From: Octopus sinensis
Lineage: Eukaryota
NCBI RefSeq assembly: GCF_006345805.1
Contig: NC_042997.1
Span: 188,542,001-188,606,000 of the forward strand
DNA: 64,000 bases
Direction: 5' to 3'
Shown here: piece by piece, positions 11,990 through 24,800 of the stretch
Layout of the letters: each line of letters opens with the position of its first letter
Numbering within the stretch: the stretch's first letter is position 1
Position numbers and translations under genes: made by a program
Notes under the pieces: model-generated
Database searches by the model: none
The model's input: the letters and a program-made list of their open reading frames with translations, nothing else
Told to the model about the DNA's origin: nothing

Positions 11990-13800
11990 TCGGATAGGAA
12001 GAGAAATCATTCGGGGGGGGGGGGATCTTTATCGCTCTTCATATGGGTTGGTGGATGCATGTATATGGATGCTAAAACATGTTTCATCACAAATAGATTA
12101 ACATATACGCACATAATAACGCGCACTAGTATGTGTGAGGAGGCGCACGCACGCACGCACACAACACACGCACACACATACACACTCACACAAACACATA
12201 CACACACGCACGCGCGCATACGTTTCTGTTTCTCTCTGAAAAATAAAAGTTATCTAGCTGACGAGAAACAAAAATCAATATTGCCATAACTGACAAAACA
12301 AGTCGAGCTGGCCTTCATTTAGAAAAATGAAAGAAAGAAGAGAAAAAAAACAACAACCTCACAAACAAACAAACACAAAAAAAAATCTGAATAATCGCTA
12401 TGACTACATTTGATAATTCACTACTTCCCAAAATCACAATCTTCGAAGATTTTATTCACACGACTAAAAATTTCGATGCCACAAAATTGTTCTGTGAAAA
12501 ATGGCTTTAAAAAATTCATACGTAAAATGATGTAAGGGAGGTAACTTTTTGTTACCGGTCGAAGATTATTTCAAAAGCTATCACGTAATTCCAAGCGAAC
12601 GGTGATGGTGCAGAGATAGATCTATCAGCAAATCCATAATATCTGCGACCACATCACCTCATTCTTTCCTTCTTCTGTCACTCCGGGCTAAGTGTATCTC
12701 GGACTATTACTTCTACTGTGTCCGTTCTTTATTTCTAAAGCAGTGGGTTGTGATATGAGTGGATTTTGGCTGCTCATTAATAAAATGGCGTCGTTGGAAA
12801 AGAAATGTTTTATGAAACGGATTTCTTTCATAGAACAATTGACTTCAATAGGTTAGATACCAGCTAGAGGGTAAACTACCCGGTATTCATGGAGGAAAGA
12901 ACGGAAATTAATCTACTTGTTTAATTCTTATTTATTTGCTGTCAGAGAAACCATGTTGTGTTGACCTAGCCTGAGAAATCCAGGTCACTAAGTTTTGTAG
13001 TTTCCTTGTATCTTAAGATTAAACAAACATTCCTTCTATAAGCTTTTTTTTTAGAAGAACGATACTCTAACCATGCGGCCATACAGTAACTTGTATACTA
13101 ACAATTGACTATCAATATTTCTTGACAGCAATGATCTAAATGCTTGACAGAAGTTAAGTCCAAGCCCATTGGTTCAGAGTTCAAGTGTTGCCCCCGGGGT
13201 GGGGGGGAATTTTTTTTTTTTTACTTTTCAAGAGTAAAAAAAAACTATGATATTGTTTTACTTGTTTCAGTCATTTAAAGCTAACTTAATGAATCTTACA
13301 TGAACCCTAGTACTTTCCGTATAAAATTTTGATCCTCTTTCCTAGCCATGTTAGGTGGTGGGTGGTGAAAACAGAAGGGTACCGAAAATAAACGGTTTTC
13401 AGAATTCAGTTTCATTCATTTCGGCTACAAGTTCAAATCTCATCAGGACCTGACTTTTTATTCCATTTTAACTAGCGACTAAACTATACAATAAGATAAC
13501 AGAGTTTTTTTATCCCGCAATTAAAACCACTCTTTTCCCCCTTGCTAAAAAACAAATCGATAATCTTGCCAAGCGGCAATGCCTGAAAATATTAAGATTC
13601 ACATAAACTAATTAGCAGGACATCCACTTGATGCAGGTTATTTTGCCAGTGTCAAAGGGAGGAAAGAAAAGAGGACAGGGGTTGTAAAATCAGTAGCTTT
13701 CTTTGACACTTAGTTTGATATGAATTTATTTTGTTTCAGGTTTTTGTTTTTTTGTTTTAGCATTTCATTAATAATTTGAAATAACTTCGGAATTTTATTT
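11990..13800. promoter_or_regulatory. CpG-retaining block with YY1-like motif; candidate internal promoter or enhancer
   Basis: CpG is visibly much denser than in the flanking intron, including inside old repeat remnants. AAAATGGCG lies at 12782-12790. No transcript evidence. Confidence 0.4.
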
Positions 13801-14039
13801 TGCATATTTTTTTTAAACACAACATTTTATTATTGTCTCATCTTTAAGAGGATTATGATGGTGTTGAACAAATAAAGGCTTGTTACCCATTCCCAGTTGC
13901 CAATTAGTACTAAACTGTTCTCATCAATAATAACCAGTCAACAAAAACAAAATTAAATAGAGAGAGAGGGGAGAAGGAGAGAGAGAAAGAGAGAGAGAGA
14001 TTGCTAATTGAAATGATGCTATTTTAATTCATAATTCAA

Positions 14040-14345
14040 TATTTTATTATTGAGCTATCATCTAGCCGAATACATGAATCAGCATCACAATCATCTTTCA
14101 CATAATCATCATTATCATTACTACTACCACCATTAACAAAATCACCACCAACCTCCCTCACTGCAGACACCAACACAAAGGCTACCATCACCACCACCAC
14201 TACACCACCAACATAACCATTACCACTGTTAATTTCAAACGCTGCTGCTGCCACCACCGACCACGACCACTGCCACTGCCACCACTGCTGTTGCCCCCAC
14301 CAACTAATACATCACTACTACCACCATGGCCATGCTTACTACCAC
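14040..14345. repeat. Mosaic trinucleotide low-complexity tract (ATC/ACT/ACC/GCC)
   Basis: Runs such as accaccaccactac and accactgccactgccaccactgct. Confidence 0.85.
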
Positions 14346-17300
14346 CCTAATAATCATAACAGATTTAACAAATTCTCCTGTGCATCAGTTATAGAAAGGC
14401 TTACATAACAACAGAAGAATCATGAGAACTGTTAAGTAAGAAGAAATAGTTTGAGTTGATTCCAGTTAGATTGAAAATAACAGATAAGGTGTTCAGTGGT
14501 GAGCCATGATATGAAGTAGAGACAGAAGTTTCAAAGTTGTTCATTGGAAGAGACATATTTCCTTTGATGAAAGACTCCCCAATATATGTTAGTCTCTATA
14601 CTTTACATCATAGCATACCAACATATACCTTTTCTAATTCTAGTGCCGAACAAACACCATTACACTTTGGAAGAGATGATTTTGGAACAAGTACCAATTT
14701 GTTAGAAAGCATAATTAACAACTCACTCACTGGTTTGAAAGATTGTTGATTATAAACAGATTATTAAACTGGATGAAAATAACATAACCAGGTGCAAGCA
14801 ATGCTTGATATAAATATCTTTTACAAAATCCAGTTTATGAGAAAAGATCACTCTGCAGTTAGTTTATGGAGTTGCATAACAAATTCGAGTCTTAAAACAC
14901 CAGTTTAGTAAGAGAACAGTTGTATAATGAGTGCTTATTGTTTGTCTATTAACATTTCACTACAGGAGATGTCAGATAATTAAGCTCTCAGATGGCTTAC
15001 AGTAATATTAAATCAACTTGACTTGTAAGCTTAGGAGCAACATCCTAATCACTGAACCAGACTAGTTCTTCAATAAATGAAATAAAGCTAAATGAAAGAC
15101 AATTTTAACTATAAATAGATGGATATACTAGTTATAGCTAGAAAATGCTTAGATTTTGAAAGGTTTCCTACTTGCTTCCTTTTTTTGTTTTTTTATTAAT
15201 CTTAGAGGGAGGAAAATAATGGACTTATAGCTGTGTCCTCCAGTAGTAGTACATCAAGTTGGGTTTGTGAAGTTAATATATTTACTTATATGTCTATAGG
15301 TTATGTGAAAAAGTTACATATACCAACATAGAATAAGGTTATAGATTCAGGCAAACAGTGCCTGAATAGGATGAAATAAAAGTGATGAAAAGAGGTTAAT
15401 TAATGATGCACATAATCATGTTAGCATGTGTGGAATGAAATCAAAGAGTTCTGAAGAATTTGGATCCATTATGAGAAAAGACAAAAAGAAGCAGTCAGAA
15501 TAGTAAATTTAAAGGCAGATATAGATTTACCAATTAAACTTGTAAATTTTTAATTAATATGGTAATATTTCAAGATAATAGAGATGTGAAAGACATCTTT
15601 ATCTAACTCCCACCCCATAACATTGACATGGGTGATCTTCTTGCTCCCCCCCACCCCAACACAGGCCAGTCTGTTTACATCTCTTTTATGAGTATCAAAA
15701 TGGTTGTTTGGCTAGCCTCTTAAAAATTGTAGCCAAATCCCCTTCAAAGGAAAAAAGAAAGAACATAGACAGTGGTTTTGGGTTCCCTGCATATAGTAAA
15801 AAAAATGGCATGGTCACACATGGAATATCTTTGATCATCAGTTTGCTTAATCTTGGTTAAGCTGGGGTTAAAAACAACAGCATCTTTAAGAAATATCCCA
15901 ACATTAGACACTAAGCACATATCCACAATCTTCTCACAAGATAGCACCTCCATAAGGTTGCTCAGTAGAATGATGTATCTAAAGAATTCTGAAGAAAGTC
16001 AATAGTAAAAAGACTTAAGATCCAGATGGGATTTCAGCAAAAAGTAGTTTGGAAGGTTAACTACACACACAATTCCCTTCAACTATTATTTTTCCCATTT
16101 AGAATAAATTAAGACTAATCTCTCCCAATGACTGCTTCTCCAAAGTTGTCAAACAATTTATCTTCTCTTGAATCACAAATGAATAAAAAGTAAGACTGTT
16201 TGCAACTAACATAGTTATAGGTAGGAATATTTTATTTGCTATTAACTAATTGTTTTAACTGAAGTACTAAGCAAACATTCAAAGAAACTTGTCAGCTGAA
16301 ATCTTGTAGTAATATTGAATTTCTCAAAAGCCCTTATTAACATTACCAAATTACAACCTTATTGTTTGTTTACAATCTCATGTATATCACTCAGTTCTTA
16401 TACTCTCAATATGTAACAGCATATAAGGGTAATATATCTGTGGAAACACTTGTTAAAGGGAGGTGTCCTACAAAGTGTGCAACTCAGACGGCTGATATGT
16501 CTGTGGTCCTCCTCAATGATGCCTTCATGTGTGAAAAAAAAATGGACTTTGAAACCACTTGTTTTAAAATATGTTGGTGATATGACCTTGTTGAAAACAG
16601 TGTACACAAACAGTCTTATCAAGATATGTAAGGTCATTTAAATTTGTTACAATCTTGAGCTCATTCAAACAGAATGGCCCTGATATTAAATTCCACCCCC
16701 AAAAAAGAAAAAGAAAATAAAGGGAGAAAAACATTAACCTGTAACTTTAAAAATTCTCCCTAAAGTAAAAGCATCAACTAAATTTATCAGCTGAAAATGG
16801 TGGGTGTAGTTTTCTCCAAAAATTTCAAGTGGGATAAACATGAATGCAAATTTAACAGTAAAAATGATTTATCCTGAAAATCCTGAAGAAATTTAATCTT
16901 TCTGTTAATGAACAAGTAATTATTTACATAGGCTTAGAACAATATTAGAATATGTTATTTCAGTCTTCAATTCGGGTCTGAGATATAAAACAACTCAGAG
17001 AATAAGAAGGGGTAAGTTCCCCTCCCCCACTCTCTCACACGCACACACAGCAAAATAATTTGTTTGTACTGAGAACAATCCTGAAACATTCTTTAACTGC
17101 TGACTTGTTTTCAGGTAGTAAAACAACAGGAACAAGCCAGACTTTAATTTGGGAATCTCACATGCAGTTATGAGGCCCATGTAGATGTGACAAGCAACTT
17201 TCTTAGCTCCCTTGTAAAAGATAAAATACATACTAATAGTATTTAGTGCATATAAAATAACGTCAGTTAGGAGGAAAATTAAATGACAGCACTTGACTGA

Positions 17301-17451
17301 AAGTGCAGACAAACCATGTGGTGCCTCTATGAAGCTTTTCAAATATTTCTCTCCCAATATTTTCAGGAGCAGAATCCAATCAATCACCCTCATTCCTCAA
17401 AAGCTATTAACTAAATGCATTTGTTTATTCCAATTCAAAGTAGATAAAAAA

Positions 17452-17837
17452 GGTGCAGGCATGACTGTATTGTAAGAAGTTTGCATCCAAACCACATGGT
17501 TCTATGTTCAGTCCCACTGTGTGGTACCTTGGACAAGTGCCTTCTACTATAGCCCTGAACCAACCAAAGATTAGTGAGTGTCTTTAACCCTTTTGTTACT
17601 GTATATATTTTGAGATGTTCTGTGTTTCTTTTAACTATTTTAAATATAACAAAGAATTTAGTAAAATAGCTTAGTTATCATTAAGCTTGTGTTAGGAACA
17701 TAAATTGTGACTAAGGTTTGGGAGGAATATTTTAATTTTAAACTTAAGAAAACAAGACATTTGTACTACAGAGCCAGAGCCGGTTTTGGGCAGGTTGGTA
17801 ACGAAAGGGTTAATAGACGGAAATTGAAAGGAGCTTC

Positions 17838-17875
<38 letters not shown>

Positions 17876-18013
17876 CCCCTCTTGATTTATTTATATCCCT
17901 GTAACACATCAGCTTAACATTAGAAACTGATAGAATAAGTACTAGGCTTATAAATAAAATAAGTACCGGAGCTGATTCATTGGGTGTTGTCCAATGAATG
18001 AAACAAGTAAAAG
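17452..18013 (+). mobile_element. CORE-type SINE interrupted by a TTAA MITE
   Basis: Head ggtgcaggcatgactg and CORE-like ccttggacaagtgcctt. SINE resumes at tagacggaaattgaaag after 17813. Tail gaaacaagtaaaa. Confidence 0.75.
17584..17813. mobile_element. TTAA-flanked (piggyBac-like) MITE, second family
   Basis: Termini TTAA-cccttttgttac ... gtaacgaaaggg-TTAA. Confidence 0.85.
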
Positions 18014-19143
18014 GAGAAAGGGAAAAACGAGGACAAAAGAATGACATATGTATGTGTGTTCATACGTATAAACACACATGTATGTATGTACGTATACATG
18101 TATATTGTGATAAGTTGGCTCTTTATTTAATGTGTTTTTGGGATAGTGGAGGATATTTTACTGAGTTTTCCTTTTTTTACCAAATGATTTGTTACTTCTA
18201 ATATATGTCTTCCTGATACAAATTCTTTAGAGTTAGACAACAAAGAAAAGATCAGATTTCAAAAAGAAGTTTCCCACTTATTTAAGCTCAATCTCACAAT
18301 AGGACTTTCATAAATTAAATTACATTTTCTCCTCACCTGCTTTAGTTATTGTGTTTATAATAGTCATTTTTTTCTGCTCTATTAATTCAGGAGGTACTAA
18401 AACTAGTAACAACAGTTATATTTCATATAATTGTCGCCAAACTACTTCTCATTTCCTTCTCTCACATTTTTTTTTTTTATTCTTATTCTTTTGCTTGAGA
18501 CTGCAATCATGAATGGGAAAATGTTATGTGGTCGTTTGCACTGAGAATACATACACTACAGTAAAAATAAATATTCTAAATCCAACATTAAGTATTTCTC
18601 AATGAGGATTTATTTTTAATAACCAACTCTTAACTCATGCACATAAATCAGCCTGCAGTCACTAGAATTAAAAATCTGACAACCAAGAAATGTGTGTCTG
18701 TTGATTTGAACAGATTTAAGCACTTTTATTATAATTTTAACAAATTCCTCGTTGATTAAAGACTATTGGCCTATTTTCATTGGAGTTAATGAATATTTGA
18801 ATCAACCTTATGACATCGTAATATGATCACAATCTCAACCGTAGCGTTTGTATATAGTTCGCAATTCTTCCATTAGTGAGTTTAACAAGTTGTTGTTTGA
18901 CCCATATCAGCCCTGGTAGTGCAAACTATTGATAAAGCATTAGGATGTGATTTGAGAGAATGTGACTTTTATATCTGGCAGGTTGAGCGGCCAAATAGAT
19001 ACTCCCTCAGTGGCTGAGTGAGTGAGCAAGTTAGTTAGTTGGTTTAGCAGCAGCAAACATATAACATTGTATTTCCTGTATGCAGAAAATACTGTGGAAT
19101 ATATCTTAATAACACAAGCAGTGAAATAAAGGCAAATAACCAT

Positions 19144-19404
19144 ATCATCATCATCGTTTAACGTCCGTTCTCCATGCTAGCATGGGTTGGACGGTTCGAC
19201 CGGGGTTCTGGGAAGCCAGAAGGCTGCACCAGGCTCCAGTCTAATCTGGCAATGTCTCTACAGAAGGGCATCCAGCTGTAGAAACATTGCCAGATTAGAC
19301 TGGAGCCTGGTGCAGCCTTCTGGCTTCCCAGAACCCCGGTCGAACCGTCCAACCCATGCTAGCATGGAGAACGGACGTTAAACGATGATGATGATGATGA
19401 TGAT
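19144..19404. mobile_element. Head-to-head pair of RTE 3' ends forming a 120-bp inverted repeat
   Basis: 19144-19263 is the reverse complement of 19276-19395 with one mismatch. 12-nt spacer aagggcatccag. Confidence 0.95.
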
Positions 19405-19811
19405 ATCATTATTAGAGATTATAGAGGACAACTTGTGATACAACTGAAACCACATACATTTTTATTTAGGCATAAAACACCTTACAACTCTTAACAAAGT
19501 GGTGCTGGTTTGACAAGTATAGCTTCAACAAAAACTTTACAGGAAATAGAAGGCAGCATACATGAATTAATAAATTTAAATTACATAAGGTTACACTGTG
19601 AGACAGGATAAGTATATGCCGAAGTTATAACTCCATGTTTTGTGGTGTCATCAGTAATTTTTATCAGGGTCTATTCTCTGTACAACAACAAAAATAATTA
19701 ATTTAAAAAAAAGCCAAATACAATCAAACCTTTCCAAATTTCTAATGCAGAATTTCAAAACTGTACTCTTTATTTGCTCAAACAATTTTTGTTAGCCATC
19801 ACTGCTGCTGT

Positions 19812-20127
19812 GGAGGTGCAATGGCCCAGTGGTTAGGGCAGCGGACTCACGGTCGGAAGATTGTGATTTCGATTCCCAGACAAGGCGTTGTGTGTGTTTA
19901 TTGAGCGAAAACACCTAAAAGCTCCACGAGGCTCCGGTAGGGGGTGGTGGCGACCCCTGTTGTACTCTTTCGCCAAAACTTTCTCTCACTCTCTCTTCCT
20001 GTTTCTTGAGTAATGCTGCAATGGACTGGCATCCCATCCAGCTGGGGGGGAACACATATGCCACAGAAACCGGGAAATCAGGCCCATGAGCCTGGCTAGG
20101 CTTGAAAAGGGCGACGTTTATCATTTT
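19812..20127 (+). mobile_element. tRNA-derived SINE (head A + V-domain-like tail)
   Basis: A box tggcccagtggtt, B box atttcgattccc, tail atggactggcatcccatccag. TSD atcactgctgct (19798-19809) / atcactgctact (20128-20139). Confidence 0.85.
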
Positions 20128-20299
20128 ATCACTGCTACTAATCAATTTCCATTTGCTACTGATATATTTGGTGTTTTTGAACATCTTACATCTATAAGAG
20201 ATCCTGTCAATTTAAGTATGATACACAGATTATTGTTTCTCTAGCATTTTAATGATACACATGTTTGCATGTTGACAATAAAGAAAATACAGTTTAAAT

Positions 20300-20487
20300 T
20301 TTACTCGAGTGGAGCCTCATAGCCATTCAAAGTTTAAAAAATCCTATTATATATTTTTTAATTATATATTATTAAGAACTGTTTTAAAAGATTGTTAAAA
20401 TATTTTGTTTATTGTAGATAAACTTTTTACAACAAAATTTTATACGGACTCCCCAAAGGTCATATGGACCCCTGTTGAGAACCACTG
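20300..20487. mobile_element. hAT-like MITE fragment, one terminus recognisable
   Basis: Ends ggacccctgttgagaaccactg (reverse complement cagtggttctcaac, a Charlie-like TIR). Left boundary uncertain. Confidence 0.45.
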
Positions 20488-21174
20488 TCCTAGATTATGA
20501 AATCACCGAAAGATATATTTTTGCCTCCTGGACAATTCCATGTTTTGACACAAACAGTTATATCTATTTTCTATTTTTTCTTTTTTTTGTAGACGAACAC
20601 CGTAGAGAAAAGAAGAAAAAAACCGATAGAAAGAAATACTATTAAAATAAATACATACTTATATTTATATAAACACATGCATACATACACTTTACCACAC
20701 ACCAACCCACATACATATTTGTTCGTTTGTTCATTGAGTGCACAGGACTTGAAAGCCCACCTGCATTCTCTTGTGTCAGCTGGTATACCAGCATTAAGAG
20801 CGATCAGTTGAAATACTCAGGCACTTGCTTAAGGACTTTGCAAATACATAAATAAATAAATAATAAATCTACACAATATATATTTATTCAGTTTCATATC
20901 TGTTTTCCTATGTTAGCATGGTTCGACAAATGTATTATTGAGGTAGTGCTTTATACCTGGATATTTTTCTCTGCTGCTAACCCTTACCTGTTTTCCGAGT
21001 AAGGGGTCTTTTATAACACACATCTTTGAAGGCAGAAAACCAGCAGACGATTTTTATTAGGAAAAGAGTCAAGAACATTACAGATTGTAGCTCGGTGATT
21101 TTTAGAGAAGCACAAATTTAAGCAAACATACATATACACAGATACATATATGCATGCACACACATCTATCCATC

Positions 21175-21208
<34 letters not shown>

Positions 21209-21569
21209 AGTCTTCTTTCAGCACCCCCTCTACCAAATGCTCATTCACATGCTTTGGTCACACTACAGCTGTAGTAGAAGACATTTGTCCAAGGTGCTAC
21301 AGAATGGGGTGAAACCTGAAACTACATAGTTGGAAAGTGAAGTTCTTTAAGCTGTTAAGAGCAGGCTGTAGTACCATTTCTGTAAATCTCATTCACACTA
21401 TCCTTTACATATAACTGATACATACATCAAGATGTCTTGAGTTTTGAAAATTAACCCAGTCTTAGTACATAGTAGCTGGGTTTTGTTTTTGTTTTTACTG
21501 GAGGGGTGCTTGTAATTTCTATTACATGATGTCAATAATGATTCTTATATTTTTATTCATAATATCTGT

Positions 21570-21866
21570 GGAGGTTGGTGGCTTAGAGGTTAGGGTATTC
21601 AATTCATGATCATACAGTCGTAAGTTCAATTTCTGATGACATGTTGTGTTCTTGAGCAAGACACTTTATTTCATGTTGCTCCAGTCCACTCAGTTAGCAG
21701 ACAATGAGCTGCACTTGTAATTCAAAAGGCCAGCCTTGTCACATTCTGTGTCATGCTGAATCTCCCTCAGAACTACATTAAAGGTACACATGTCTGTGGA
21801 GTGCTCAGCCACTTACATGTTAATTTCATGAGCAGGCTGTTTAGTTGATTGAATCAACTGGAACAC
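21570..21866 (+). mobile_element. tRNA-derived SINE (head B with CORE-like segment + tail Y)
   Basis: ggtggcttagaggttagggt...ttcttgagcaagacactt...ccttgtcacattctgtgtcatgctgaatctccc. Confidence 0.8.
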
Positions 21867-22385
21867 AGTGCTCCTTCCTACTCCTTCTCTGCATATTGAA
21901 CATAGCCATTTCTCAAATGACAGAAAGGTCCCATCTTCTTTCTTGTAAACTAAAACTTTTGTCATTGCTAGGTTTTAGGCTTTGCATCCATATTTGCAAT
22001 TTCTTTTTTAATTCTTCAATAGCCTCTATGCTGAGAACTTACTATTAGTATTCAAGAGTTCCTACGAAGGGCTGGTCTTAAATTTCTTCGTTGTGTCCTG
22101 AAGCCCTAACAAACAGGAAGGGTTGAATACTGTTTCTGATAGTTACTTTACTTGCATTCATTGCTAATCCTCATCTTGCTAACAGCTTGGTTCTTACAAA
22201 CCATTTATCTACCCCTAATTTTCGTAGCAACACTAGACTACAGAGTATTATACCCTGTCAAAAGCCTCTATCAGGTCACTAAAGGCTTAGTATAGAAGCA
22301 TATTCTTCTCTGTAGTTGACTCACTGGAAGAAAGCATCAGCGGTATCCTGTCCTGTTAAAAACCTATACTGCATCTCATCTAAGC
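21867..22385 (-). mobile_element. Heavily decayed RTE reverse transcriptase fragment
   Basis: Minus strand, across stops and frameshifts: LDEMQYRFLTGQDTADAF, AFSDLIEAFDRV, RKLGVDKWFV, AMTKVLV, KWLCSICREGVG. Confidence 0.7.
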
Positions 22386-22517
22386 TATAACACTTTCTAT
22401 TACAAAAGAAATTTTCAAACCCTTACTCATCAATTTGTGCCTCTGTAATTGTTGTTCTTTCTGGAGCATCCTTTTTGTTGCTGTAGCAGTTGATGAACAC
22501 ACACACACTCTCTCTTT

Positions 22518-22903
22518 ACTCTTTACTCTTTTACTTGTTTCAGTCATTTGACTGTGGCCATGCTGGAGCACCACCTTTAATCGAGCAACTCGACCCCAGG
22601 ACTTATTCTTTTGTAAGACCAGTACTTATTCTATCGGTCTCTTTTGCCGAACCGCTAAGTAACGGGGACATAAACACACCAGCATCGGTTGTCAAGCAAT
22701 GCTAGGGAGACAAACAAAGACACACAAACACACACACGCATATATATATATACAACGGGCTTCTTTCAGTTTCTGCCTACCAAATCCACTCACAAGGCTT
22801 TGGTTGGCCCGAGGCTATAGTAGAAGACACTTGCCCAAGGTGCCACGCAGTGGGACTGAACCCGGAACCATGTGGTTGGTAAACAAGCTACTTACCACAC
22901 AGC
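22518..22903 (-). mobile_element. CORE-type SINE, well preserved, ~12-bp TSD
   Basis: CpG-rich copy. cactctctcttt occurs at 22506-22517 and 22904-22915. Confidence 0.9.
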
Positions 22904-24142
22904 CACTCTCTCTTTCACTCATGTTAAAGAGGGAGTCGTGGATAAAGCAATGAAATATATTATAATATAAATATCTATAAATTATTTATATTTATTCAAA
23001 ACACTAAATAACTTCAAGAAATAAATATATCAAGTAGCCCTTGTACTTTGTAAAACAAATAACTTAAGATTTTTATTTACAAGCTTTCTATAAGGAGGTT
23101 AAAATAAGCCAAAATATTTTTCAACAGACTGAACACATTTGCTAACATATTTCCACCAGAGAACTATCAATCAAGCTAAGATTGTATATTCAATATAATG
23201 CTGAGCTGTCAAATGTTGCTAGAACCCAAAAGACAGCTGTGACATCAACACTATCCAATATTTGTGACTCATTGCAGCAGAGTATAAGCTACAGGAAAAG
23301 ATCAATAGATTTATGTGTATAGCCAACTAGATGATTATGTTGGCAGAACAAACAAACGAAACATCAAAATTATATATTAGCCATACAAAATCTTTTAATA
23401 AAATATTTAACGTCATTAAACAAATTATCAAAATAAAAGAGTATTTTACTGAATATTACATAACAAAATGCTCCGGGAGAGAAGTGGGAGAGTTCAAGCT
23501 GTTTGAAAGAGAGAGAGAGACTTAATGCCCAGGTTTATAACATAATTAGGAATATATAGATCTGTCTGACAGTTACTGAATGTTCATGAGTTCCATATAC
23601 ATAGGATAGAACTAACATGTTATTGTGGGTATCCGCATGAGGTCAGAGAGCATGCTAAGTGAATCATTAATTTGATGAAATTTCTGATGTATGACCAAAT
23701 TCCTCTGTATTGTGAAAATAGATAGGAATATAAATTACAGAAACCTGTAAGGTTACTAGGAGAATAGTAATGTCAATATTAAGATTGGTGGCAGCTATAA
23801 TACAAAAAGACTGGTTGGGGGTAAACTCAATAGCAGGAAATATACTTTCACAATTTTTGGAATGTATTGAACAATTTTAGCACTATTACAGCACACACAC
23901 GTACACATATTGATAGAGAATCTTCTACATGACAAAAAAGGAAATAAATTAGACAATAGTGAGAGTGTGTTTTGAAGCAGAAAATAAGTAACATATTAGC
24001 GGGTGCTTTTTTTCTCCACAGACATTGATATGCAGATGGTCGAAATGAACATCAGCTACAACAATCCTACCTAGCTCAGAGGGTTTGTAGAAGCCATAGA
24101 CACTACCTTTCCTTCTTTGACTATCTTATATGTGTGTATGTG

Positions 24143-24340
24143 TGTATCATCATTTAACATCAGTTTTCCATGCTAGTATGGGTTGGACGGTTTGATCGGG
24201 GTCTGGTAAGCCATGGAGGCTGCACCAGGCTCTAGTCTGATTTGGCAGTGTTTCTACAGCTGGATGCCCTTCCTAACGCCAACCACTCCATGAGTGTAGT
24301 GGGTGTTTTTTACATGCCACCGGCACAGGGGCCAGAGCAA
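24143..24340 (-). mobile_element. RTE LINE 3' end
   Basis: ccatgctagtatgggttggacgg...cagctggatgcccttcctaacgcc. Followed by (AT)n at 24345-24386. Confidence 0.85.
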
Positions 24341-24341
24341 G

Positions 24342-24386
<45 letters not shown>

Positions 24387-24388
<2 letters not shown>

Positions 24389-24800
24389 TTTTACTTGTTT
24401 CAGTTATTTGATTGTGGCCATGCTGGAGCACTGCCTTGAAGGGTTTTAGTCAAACAAATCAACCCCAGGACTTATTCTTTTTAAGCCTAGTATTTATTCT
24501 TTCAGTCTCTTTTACTAAACCACTAAGTTACAGGGGACGTAAACACACCAGCACCAGTTACCAAGCAGTGATGGAGAGACAAACACAGACACAAAGACAC
24601 ATACACATAAATATATACATGCATACGTACACACACATACGACGGGCTTCTTTCAGTTTCTGTCAACCAAATCCAATCACAAGGCTTTGGTTAGCCTGAG
24701 ACTAAAGTAGAAGATACTTGCCCAAGATGCCACATAGTGGGACCGAACCCAGAACCATGTGTTTAGGAAGCAAGCTTCTTACTACTGAGTCAGGCTTGCA
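24387..24800 (-). mobile_element. CORE-type SINE
   Basis: Same family and orientation as 22518. Confidence 0.85.

Noticed and set aside
12785-12856. Plus-strand ATG in good context (MASLEKKCFMKRISFIEQLTSIG*)
   Set aside because: Very short, no homology, weak donor. Better explained as a YY1-type motif.
16995-17393. 132-aa minus-strand ORF
   Set aside because: No motif or splice support, and the composition is typical of a chance AT-rich ORF.
19812-19885. tRNA gene (also at 31760-31828)
   Set aside because: A and B boxes are present but continue into SINE bodies with TSDs, and there is no complete cloverleaf.
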